Origin: a virus
Lineage: Duplodnaviria; Caudoviricetes
Direction: 5' to 3' (one strand)
Virus record (IMG/VR): IMGVR_UViG_3300049070_000048
Coordinates: 1 to 43,259 of that record
DNA: 43,259 nt
Under the pieces are notes generated by a model that did not search any database, was not told where the DNA came from, and was given only the letters and a program-made list of their open reading frames with translations. Positions within the stretch are counted from its first letter, which is position 1. The number at the start of each line of letters is the position of its first letter. Below, piece after piece: positions 8,562 through 15,350 of the stretch. Both the position numbers and the translations under genes were made by a program.

Positions 8562-9326
8562 TTAAGCCGTCAGGGTCTTAATGTTCTTGAACTGCCCATC
8601 AACCTCAAAGACGATGGTGACGGGCTGTTTCTTTTCGTAGGCGAGTAGCGCGGCCTCTCCGAAGTCGGCATCGAATGTCCCGTACCAGTCTCCATCCGGG
8701 GACTTCACGCCGTACTTGGTCCACGGCCCCTTAGCGCCCTCCCCGTCCTTCTTGGAGACATGGGCCGGGACGAAGGTCACGGAGTTTCCAGCGGGAGCGG
8801 CCTTGGGCTTAGGCGGCTGGATGGGCTCATGCTTGGGAGAACCCTCATCGCCCGTCATTTCCTCGGCCACATTGGGCTCGTATCCAGCCAGCACGACCAC
8901 CCAGGCCAGGACATTCCGCAGGGACTTGGCGGCGGCGCGGGTCTGCGCCATAGACCGAAGCTGAAACAGCGGCTTCTTGGCCCAGTTCGGCTCATCGTTC
9001 ATGCACATGGACTCGGCAGCGGAAACCACCTGTCCAGTCTGCGTGTTGATGGCCTCGGCGCGGGCGATGAAGCCCTTCACCCCGTCCATGTCCACGGGCT
9101 CGGTGCTGACAATCTTGGCCGTCACGCCATAAAACCGCCCGCAGGTCTGCCAGTCCTCAAAGGACAGGTAATGCTTCCCGTTGAACTTCACCGCGTTTTT
9201 GCGGTTGGCAATGACCGACTGGAGCGACTTCGCGGCTTCCTGGGCCTCTGCAAGCACCTGGTTAGGGGCGCGGGCGATGCTCAGGTCATATCGGACTTCA
9301 CCGACAGGGACAATCTCGTTTTCCAT
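8562..9326 (-). CDS. ssDNA-annealing protein (RecT/Redbeta/Rad52-like)
   Basis: W.KKP..LRSMAQTRA...AEEM motif; adjacent to exonuclease; AGGAGG RBS. Confidence 0.7.
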   Translation of the reverse strand: MENEIVPVGEVRYDLSIARAPNQVLAEAQEAAKSLQSVIANRKNAVKFNGKHYLSFEDWQTCGRFYGVTAKIVSTEPVDMDGVKGFIARAEAINTQTGQVVSAAESMCMNDEPNWAKKPLFQLRSMAQTRAAAKSLRNVLAWVVVLAGYEPNVAEEMTGDEGSPKHEPIQPPKPKAAPAGNSVTFVPAHVSKKDGEGAKGPWTKYGVKSPDGDWYGTFDADFGEAALLAYEKKQPVTIVFEVDGQFKNIKTLTA

Positions 9327-9363
9327 TGCTTCCTCCTAATTCACCTTCCACGACAAATCAGCC

Positions 9364-9755
9364 GAGTCAGCCCGTCCGGGTATCACCCGGCCTCCCACGG
9401 CATTGACGCGCCCCTTCTTCGGGCTGACTCTTGACCCGCCCGGCTGGCGAAGGCCGGGAAGGGGTCCCCGCCTACCGCCGTAGGCGAGGACAAAAAAGGC
9501 CGTGGGGACTCTACTGCCGCAGAAGCCCGAAGGCGTCCGCAGAGTGTCGCCTTTCGACGGCACCAATCCCCACGGCTTTACGGAACCCGGAATCTCCGGG
9601 CGAGAATCGTTGCCTTGCCCTATTCGGCGGCGGGCAGGAAGATACTCGGAGGGACCAAGGCGTCTGTATGCGAACTTGCCACCCGATAACCGTAGGCGTT
9701 TTTCACCTTTCTCACTTTGCATGGTCTTACCCGCCATGCTGGACCGACGGCCGAA
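9364..9755 (-). ncRNA. Multi-domain structured non-coding RNA region
   Basis: Perfect 11-bp (9364-9374/9420-9430) and 10-bp (9499-9508/9567-9576) closing stems around 3-way junctions; GAAA and cUUCGg tetraloops; further hairpins; no credible ORF. Confidence 0.65.
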
Positions 9756-9759
9756 ATTG

Positions 9760-9857
9760 TGCGCCCCGCCCGGAGTAGAACCGGGCTCCTCCACGGCGCT
9801 TGATGCTCCGCGCTTCAAGCGGTTCTCCGTGGCGTCATACCCATAGACCAGGGACGC
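9760..9857 (-). ncRNA. tRNA-like RNA B (extended anticodon arm)
   Basis: GCGTCCC/GGGGCGC acceptor; GTC..GG..GAC D arm; GCCCGG-TTCTACT-CCGGGC T arm; anticodon loop replaced by a long hairpin. Confidence 0.8.
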
Positions 9858-9862
9858 ATGAG

Positions 9863-9962
9863 TGAGCGCGGGGAAGAATTGAACTCCCCCTCTCCGATGG
9901 CGATACCCGGTCAGCGCGACGGGCTCTTTCCTCCGGTGTTCTGACCGCTGAACTACACGCTC
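9863..9962 (-). ncRNA. tRNA-like RNA A (extended anticodon arm)
   Basis: GAGCGTG/CGCGCTC acceptor; TA-GTTC-AGCGGTCA-GAAC D arm; GGGGAG-TTCAATT-CTTCCC T arm; anticodon loop replaced by a long hairpin. Confidence 0.8.
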
Positions 9963-9967
9963 GTAAA

Positions 9968-10183
9968 TCAAAGCGGCAACTCTCCCGGCGTCACGGGACG
10001 CCAAGCCTTATAACGGAAGCCCGGAACTGGAACACCGACAACGAGTCCTTCCCGCGCCATCTCGGACAAGCGAGTAGCGGCGGCATTTTCAGAAACTCCC
10101 GGAACCCTCAATTCGTGGACCGGGACAGGTCTCCCGAACTCCCGAAGGCGGGACAGGATGGCGTCTTTGGCCCTCACCATCAC
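9968..10183 (-). CDS. small winged-helix DNA-binding protein
   Basis: AILSRL...VSENAAATRLSEMAREGLV pattern. Confidence 0.6.
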   Translation of the reverse strand: MMVRAKDAILSRLREFGRPVPVHELRVPGVSENAAATRLSEMAREGLVVGVPVPGFRYKAWRPVTPGELPL

Positions 10184-10338
10184 CCATCCCTCCCCGCATC
10201 AAATCTCTGCTCCGCGTAGTAGGCGCGGGCGTCCTCTATGTCCTCTGCGGTAATATCTGACTCGTCGTCAATCGGGGGCTCCATAAGGTCGTACTCGCGG
10301 GAACGAATCGCATCAAGCGTTCTCAGTAGCGGGTCCAT
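10180..10338 (-). CDS. small acidic hypothetical protein
   Basis: MDPLLRTL start with GGAGG RBS. Confidence 0.6.
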   Translation of the reverse strand: MDPLLRTLDAIRSREYDLMEPPIDDESDITAEDIEDARAYYAEQRFDAGRDG

Positions 10339-10591
10339 TCGCGGCCTCCTTTTGCTTTCTGCGGTACTTCGCACGACGGTCCAATAGCTTTTGGTGGGCG
10401 TCCCTGGATTTCTCCATGTCGGCTTTGAAAATGGCGGCGTCGGCTTCCTGCTGTGCCCGGTGTTCAATCGCGGCCTTGCGAATCACTTCCTGGACTTTGA
10501 GAGAGAGCGGGAGCGGGGCCACTTCGATGCAGAAGCGGCAGTTCTCCCGCCGTCCCCCGGCCCTGGCGCAACCGATACAGAGCAGGCTCAC
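10313..10591 (-). CDS. hypothetical protein with CxxC..CxxC
   Basis: GTG overlaps the upstream stop. Confidence 0.6.
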   Translation of the reverse strand: MSLLCIGCARAGGRRENCRFCIEVAPLPLSLKVQEVIRKAAIEHRAQQEADAAIFKADMEKSRDAHQKLLDRRAKYRRKQKEAANGPATENA

Positions 10592-10794
10592 TTGCGCCCC
10601 CCGCACGGCACACAAAATTTGCGCCAGCCCCCGATGTTCCTAGGGCACCCATCGCACTTCCTAACCTGGGGCTCACCGAATCGAACGGCATCTTCCAGCT
10701 TCTTCACGCACCGCTTACAAATCCCATGGGAGTGTTTGTGCCTGGGGAGGCCCTTGGCGTTCATCTGACCGGAGCAATACGCACAGGTCTTCAT
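10588..10794 (-). CDS. zinc-finger protein (four CxxC)
   Basis: MKTCAYC..CKRC..CDGC..CVPC. Confidence 0.6.
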   Translation of the reverse strand: MKTCAYCSGQMNAKGLPRHKHSHGICKRCVKKLEDAVRFGEPQVRKCDGCPRNIGGWRKFCVPCGGRK

Positions 10795-10967
10795 GCCGTC
10801 ACCTGTCTGGCCTTTAGCCACTTCTCCAACTCAGAAACAAGGATGAGCTTGTGGCGCTTGCCTGTGGGAACAAAGGGAAGGCCCTGACGGATGAAGCTCT
10901 GGATGACCCACCTGGATTTGCCGATTAACTTCCCGGCCGTTGTCATGTCAACCGCGATGGGATTCAC
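10791..10967 (-). CDS. Excisionase/AlpA-like HTH protein (58 aa)
   Basis: Read by hand: MNPIAVDMTTAGKLIGKSRWVIQSFIRQGLPFVPTGKRHKLILVSELEKWL; AGGAGG RBS. Confidence 0.75.
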   Translation of the reverse strand: MNPIAVDMTTAGKLIGKSRWVIQSFIRQGLPFVPTGKRHKLILVSELEKWLKARQVTA

Positions 10968-11224
10968 GCATCCTCCTTGCGCGGAAGGAGAAGGTCCACG
11001 ACTTCGGACGAAATCCGGGTGCGGGCGTCATATGGAGTGAATCCCCCAAGACCGCTGTTCACTAGCTTTAAGGTTTTCTCAGAATCGGGCGCGTGCTGGG
11101 CCTCCTCCAGCTTTTTGTATTCGGGAAGGGTCATCCCGACTTTTTGTGCCATCTGCGCCTGGGTAAACTTCAAAACCCCTCTGACGATGCGGGCCTTTAT
11201 CCCCAAAAGTAGGTAGGTCTGCAT
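10964..11224 (-). CDS. XRE-family HTH regulator (Cro-like)
   Basis: RGVLKFTQAQMAQKVGMTLPEYKKLEEAQHAP; GGAGG RBS. Confidence 0.8.
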   Translation of the reverse strand: MQTYLLLGIKARIVRGVLKFTQAQMAQKVGMTLPEYKKLEEAQHAPDSEKTLKLVNSGLGGFTPYDARTRISSEVVDLLLPRKEDA

Positions 11225-11225
11225 A

Positions 11226-11426
11226 TTACCGTCCTCCCCGAAAAAAGGTTCGGGCTTTACCAGTCTCGACATTCAGGGGTATCCTCATGACATGGCTGTT
11301 AACGCCAATGTCGTATCGGGTAGAATGGGGCAAGCCGTGCGCTGTGTCCCTGGCAGAGACATGGAGGTGGGAGTCCGCTTTCGCGGGGGTTCGCATCTCA
11401 CGCACGACTTGCCGAATTTCGTTCAT
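11226..11426 (-). CDS. hypothetical protein, first gene of the operon
   Basis: ORF directly after the promoter. Confidence 0.5.
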   Translation of the reverse strand: MNEIRQVVREMRTPAKADSHLHVSARDTAHGLPHSTRYDIGVNSHVMRIPLNVETGKARTFFRGGR

Positions 11427-11468
11427 GTCTCTTTTGCCAGGGACCGGAGCGTTACCGCTCTATAACGA

Positions 11469-11497
11469 ATGGTAACACACGGTCACGCGGAAGTCAA
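11469..11497 (-). promoter_or_regulatory. sigma70-type promoter for the recombination/RNA-repair operon
   Basis: TTGACT-17 nt-TACCAT with extended TGn. Confidence 0.75.
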
Positions 11498-11519
11498 CAC
11501 TTTTTTGAGCGGAAAATTA

Positions 11520-11789
11520 ATGGGTCAATCTCCGTCGGGAAATCGCCGCACAAAACAGAAGGGCTGGCGAATCGATGTGGCCCTAGCGGATGAGTTCTCG
11601 GAGTTTTGCGCGGCTAGGGGATGGAACCCTAATCGCCAGGTGGAGGACGCCCTGCGCGATTGGCTGGATAAACAGAAAGGCCCGAACGAAGGTTCCGGCT
11701 CTAGAGGTAGTGGCGCAGGGCGAGGGACACTTTTTCGACAACCGTCAAAGACTGCCCCGCGTTCAGGTCGAGATGAGGATGATGTTTAG
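11520..11789 (+). CDS. Ribbon-helix-helix (Arc/CopG-like) regulator
   Basis: KQKGWRIDVALADEFSEFCAARGWNPNRQVEDALRDWL; divergent from the promoter. Confidence 0.75.
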   Translation: MGQSPSGNRRTKQKGWRIDVALADEFSEFCAARGWNPNRQVEDALRDWLDKQKGPNEGSGSRGSGAGRGTLFRQPSKTAPRSGRDEDDV

Positions 11790-11958
11790 AACCGCTTTGA
11801 AGGCATACGGCGATACGAAGCTCCCCCTGCCAGAACTGAGCGCCCACGGTGACACAGGCGTCCCCATCTCGACGCCAGGTCCAAAAATCGCAAAGTTTAA
11901 GAATCTCGCAGGGCATCCAGTCCCTTGCTGCTGGAATATGTTGGATTACAAATCTCAC
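11701..11958 (-). CDS. hypothetical protein
   Basis: ORF track; protein-like composition; convergent overlap with the RHH gene tail. Confidence 0.4.
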   Translation of the reverse strand: MRFVIQHIPAARDWMPCEILKLCDFWTWRRDGDACVTVGAQFWQGELRIAVCLQSGSKHHPHLDLNAGQSLTVVEKVSLALRHYL

Positions 11959-11998
11959 GGTAATCTCATTTCCATGCTTAAATATTGATTACAAATCT
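11944..11998. repeat. Direct repeat GATTACAAATCT x2, each with internal GATT/AATC symmetry
   Basis: 11944-11955 and 11987-11998, in an AT-rich stretch upstream of the + strand operon. Confidence 0.7.
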
Positions 11999-12013
11999 GA
12001 ACATGGAGGCAAT

Positions 12014-12199
12014 ATGCCGCTACTAAATGAACTCATAGTCGGTGCCGGACTCTGGATTACCGTCGTCTTGGTCGGAGGAGGAGATAGGATTGCGAAGGCT
12101 ATCGGTTTGGAGAACTGCAAGACGAATTGCGAATCGAAGCCCTATGCCGTTCCCGAATATCGCATCGGAAAACAAGCCCGGCCGCGAGCGGTGAAATGA
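12014..12199 (+). CDS. small membrane-associated protein
   Basis: GGAGG RBS; hydrophobic N-terminus. Confidence 0.65.
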   Translation: MPLLNELIVGAGLWITVVLVGGGDRIAKAIGLENCKTNCESKPYAVPEYRIGKQARPRAVK

Positions 12200-12555
12200 G
12201 GTTCCTCGTTTTGATGATAACCATATGCGGATGTGCGACGATGCCCCAGGGGGGACTAGTTGAAGTCATGACGGACCCGCCCGGGGGAGCGGTATCGGTC
12301 AACGGAGCATATGTCGGTGATGCCCCGGTAATGGTCAATTTGCCCTCGCGTTGTGTTTGGGTCGGGCTTATGAATTCTCCCAGTGGTTACGATTGTCAAC
12401 TTGTCAGGGTCCAGGCAGAGCCGCGAAGCGGGATGACGGGAAGACTTTTTTCCAGAACCGCGATGGTTAACCCCGGCGAGATGGCTTCTCGTAAAATCCT
12501 GCTGAATCTCCACATGGAAACCATGTCGCCAACGCAAACGGTGGAGGTTAAATGA
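12196..12555 (+). CDS. PEGA-domain lipoprotein (candidate superinfection exclusion)
   Basis: MRFLVLMITICGC lipobox-like signal; VMTDPPGGAVSVNGAYVGDAP PEGA motif. Confidence 0.75.
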   Translation: MRFLVLMITICGCATMPQGGLVEVMTDPPGGAVSVNGAYVGDAPVMVNLPSRCVWVGLMNSPSGYDCQLVRVQAEPRSGMTGRLFSRTAMVNPGEMASRKILLNLHMETMSPTQTVEVK

Positions 12556-12770
12556 ATCTCCTGGGCCTGATTCTCGCCAATGCCTGCATCCACGGGATAT
12601 CTAACTGGTGGATGACCAACACGCTTAAAGGGCGCGAGTTTAAGACCTTCATACAGACCTGGCGCACGGACTCGCTGCTCCACTTGATTCTATGCGGTGG
12701 AACGGTGTTCATCTACTCTTGCCTTGCAATCCTCCTGCTCGGGCTTACGCTAAGAGAACTTGGCATCTAA
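12552..12770 (+). CDS. small two-TM membrane protein
   Basis: Two hydrophobic segments; GGAGG RBS. Confidence 0.65.
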   Translation: MNLLGLILANACIHGISNWWMTNTLKGREFKTFIQTWRTDSLLHLILCGGTVFIYSCLAILLLGLTLRELGI

Positions 12771-13860
12771 AGGCTGGAAGGTTTGGGTCGAGCCCTCGGG
12801 TGACGGGCGGTCTAGATGCCGCTGGCGCGGGGTCTATGGCACGGGGCAGGAAGTGTTCATTTATAAGGATGACGCCCGGGAACTGGCGATTACCAAGAGG
12901 CGGGATTTCCAGAGACGGAGTGCTGGTCTACCCGCCCTAGCTCCGGAAGCCTCCCAGGACTACAGGGCGTTTCGTTCTTCATATGAGAAGTGGCTTGGAG
13001 CAAGGCGGGCCCCGGGAACCTCTCGCATGGCTTTATTGGCGCTCAAACAGTGGGAGGAATTTGCCGGGAAAGGCTTCCCGACCCGTGGGAAGATGCCGAA
13101 TGATTTTTGTGATTGGCTACTTAACCGGAACACCAAACCCCTTCTCATGGGCCGTCCGCTGGATGCCCCCAAAAAAGTGTTGAGCCCAAACTATGCCCGC
13201 ATCATCCTCCGTCACATAAAGGCGGCGTTCAGGTGGGCGCACAAACACAAGCACATAGACCATGACCCGTTCGTTTATTTTGAGATGCCCGCTCCGGTCA
13301 AAGTCGCCCGGGTCCTCCGGCCTTCGGAAGTAACCGCGCTCCTGCGCGAGCTTCCGGACCTTCCCCGCAGGGCGTTCTACTTTACATTACACACCGGGCT
13401 TAGAATCTCAGAGCTTCTTCGGCTAGACTGGAATGATGTTGAGCGAGGCGACAAATGGTATCTGACCGTCCTAAAGAGCAAGACCCGCAGGGGCCGGGAA
13501 GCGCGGACCAAATCCCAGCGGATTCATCCCTATGCGATTCAAGCGATGGGAGAGCCGGGTACTGGCAAGGTCTTTCCCGTTCAAGCCGCGTGGCTACAGC
13601 GCTGCCTGCGCAGGGCGACGAAGAAGTTAGGATTGGGCCGTGTCCGCTGGCACGACTTGCGCCACACCTGGGCGACCTTTACAATGGAACAGGTTCAGGA
13701 CTTGCGGGCGATGATGGACGCGGGAGGGTGGGAGACTGAACACGCCGCGATGGTCTATCAGCACAAGACCAAGCGACGAGTTGATGTCACGGGAGAGGTT
13801 GATTCCCCCTTCTCTCCAGAGCATTTAGGCCGGGGTGGCGAAATTGGCAAACGCACCTGA
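12760..13860 (+). CDS. int: Tyrosine integrase
   Basis: TGLRISEL, KSKT, WHDLRHT, GGW...MVY catalytic set. Confidence 0.93.
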   Translation: MASKGWKVWVEPSGDGRSRCRWRGVYGTGQEVFIYKDDARELAITKRRDFQRRSAGLPALAPEASQDYRAFRSSYEKWLGARRAPGTSRMALLALKQWEEFAGKGFPTRGKMPNDFCDWLLNRNTKPLLMGRPLDAPKKVLSPNYARIILRHIKAAFRWAHKHKHIDHDPFVYFEMPAPVKVARVLRPSEVTALLRELPDLPRRAFYFTLHTGLRISELLRLDWNDVERGDKWYLTVLKSKTRRGREARTKSQRIHPYAIQAMGEPGTGKVFPVQAAWLQRCLRRATKKLGLGRVRWHDLRHTWATFTMEQVQDLRAMMDAGGWETEHAAMVYQHKTKRRVDVTGEVDSPFSPEHLGRGGEIGKRT

Positions 13861-13910
13861 CTCAAAATCAGGCGGTGAAAACCTTGCGGGTTCAAGTCCC
13901 GCCCCCGGCA
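13829..13910 (+). tRNA. tRNA-Leu(CAA), no encoded CCA; probable attP
   Basis: GCCGGGG/CCCCGGC-A acceptor; CCTGA-CTCAAAA-TCAGG anticodon arm; long variable arm; GCGGG-TTCAAGT-CCCGC T arm. Confidence 0.95.
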
Positions 13911-14112
13911 TTTTGTCCCCTTCTGGGCCCCTACGGATTATTCTTATAGGAATAATTTATCCGAAAAACGCTGCATAATTCGCAGCAACTCCCAACGACT
14001 CAAAATCGCATTCCGCCCCTCTGGAAAATCTGTCTCTCGTCGAGATAGTGGGGATAAGTGGTAGGGCTTGGCGATGTCTGTATGGCGATTTGGCCCCTAT
14101 CTGAGTCCCTAC

Positions 14113-14916
14113 CTACGGAATCATGATTTCGCCACCCAATACCTTCTTAACCCTCCCGTCAAAGAGCCCGTTGGGAAGCACATCGGCAATCCAGAACCCA
14201 TTGAGCCAACGGCCAGCCTTTATCTGGCGGTAAGCGTGGGCCTTGGGACCGAGTTTTGTCATGCAAGGCACGGCGACATGCTGGACGACATGGCGATAGT
14301 CCCCGGAATCGTTCAGTGTGACCGTGTTGTGGGTGTGGTGGTGGCCGAAAACTAGATTCTTGCTAGGGTAGAGCCTGGGGCTGTTGGCGATGGTTAACTG
14401 GTGGCCGTGAAGGTATGTGAGATGTCCTATTTCCAATGGCTGATTGTAAGGCAGAACCCGCATCTTGAATTTCGGGGCCTCTAGGTATCGCGTCAGAAGC
14501 TCCGCCAGAGCCTCGTCCCCTGCCCTAGCCAGGTCGGCACGATAGGATTTCTGATTGACCCCATGGCCCAATAGAAGTCCTAGCTGTGGATGATAGAGGG
14601 CGCACCAATAGAGCCAGTGTTCGTGATTGCCAGGAACGAAGTAAAGCTCCGCATTCGGTGACGCGGCCCGAATGCGGCTTATCAGGTCTTTGGCGGCGTC
14701 CAGTTCTTCAAAGAGGGCTTTCCCAACATCCCCATACCCTATGTGCTTGAACAGCCCCTCATTCCAATGAGAGGCGTGGTCAAGATTCATGAAATCACCG
14801 TTTAAGATGATGTGGGTCGGCTTGTAGTCCCTCTGGAACTCTAGGATTGGCTTGAAGGGAATCTCATGCGGCACATGAACGTCGCAGTAAGCAACGTGGC
14901 GCTGCCGTCCCCTCAT
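14113..14916 (-). CDS. Calcineurin-like metallophosphoesterase
   Basis: DxH, GD, GNHE, HGH and GHxH motifs. Confidence 0.88.
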   Translation of the reverse strand: MRGRQRHVAYCDVHVPHEIPFKPILEFQRDYKPTHIILNGDFMNLDHASHWNEGLFKHIGYGDVGKALFEELDAAKDLISRIRAASPNAELYFVPGNHEHWLYWCALYHPQLGLLLGHGVNQKSYRADLARAGDEALAELLTRYLEAPKFKMRVLPYNQPLEIGHLTYLHGHQLTIANSPRLYPSKNLVFGHHHTHNTVTLNDSGDYRHVVQHVAVPCMTKLGPKAHAYRQIKAGRWLNGFWIADVLPNGLFDGRVKKVLGGEIMIP

Positions 14917-15065
14917 TCCTCCTCCGTTTCCGCCTCCGGGATGTCTAGGTCGTACTGTATCGCTCCCCCGCACCCGCAATACACCATCTGCTCACCCCGG
15001 ACCCAGGCTATCCAGAGTAAGCGTTTACAATGCTCACAGCGGGTGGCGCGGAAGGGGACTCTCAA
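14913..15065 (-). CDS. small Com-like zinc-ribbon protein (50 aa)
   Basis: Read by hand: RCEHCKRLL...YCGCG; coupled to the phosphoesterase. Confidence 0.55.
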   Translation of the reverse strand: MRVPFRATRCEHCKRLLWIAWVRGEQMVYCGCGGAIQYDLDIPEAETEEE

Positions 15066-15350
15066 TCAAGGCTTAGGCAACTCCGGGGCGAGGCGGTCAG
15101 ACAGGTCAACAACCTTCTTGACCCGAGACATGGCGGCCGGGGTAAGGGCACCCAGAAGCGCGGTCTCAGCCGTGAGCGCGATTACCGGGTCCAGAAGCCC
15201 GGCGATTTTCAGTCCGTGGATGATGCCGATAAGCGCGGTGATGACCTCGCTCTTGTGGCCGTCCAGCTTGTCGTGGACCCAGACCACCGCCCCCAGCAGA
15301 TTCTTTCCAACGGCCCACTTTGCAATCCACGCCAATGCATTGTTAATCAT
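15066..15350 (-). CDS. holin-like membrane protein
   Basis: Hydrophobic segments, follows endolysin, GGAGG RBS. Confidence 0.55.
   Translation of the reverse strand: MINNALAWIAKWAVGKNLLGAVVWVHDKLDGHKSEVITALIGIIHGLKIAGLLDPVIALTAETALLGALTPAAMSRVKKVVDLSDRLAPELPKP

Noticed and set aside
9640-9757. Possible HDV-like (theta), twister or hammerhead ribozyme after the tRNA mimic
   Set aside because: Could not place the required catalytic core motifs by eye; needs a covariance search
9760-9962. Interpretation as intron-containing tRNAs spliced by RtcB
   Set aside because: Excision at 37/38 leaves no U33 or plausible anticodon loop, no clear bulge-helix-bulge is present, and no splicing endonuclease is seen; not fully excluded
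9336-10004. 222-aa - strand ORF spanning the RNA region
   Set aside because: Arg/Gly/Ser-rich with no motif, starts inside the upstream gene, and coincides with tRNA-like folds; better explained as ncRNA
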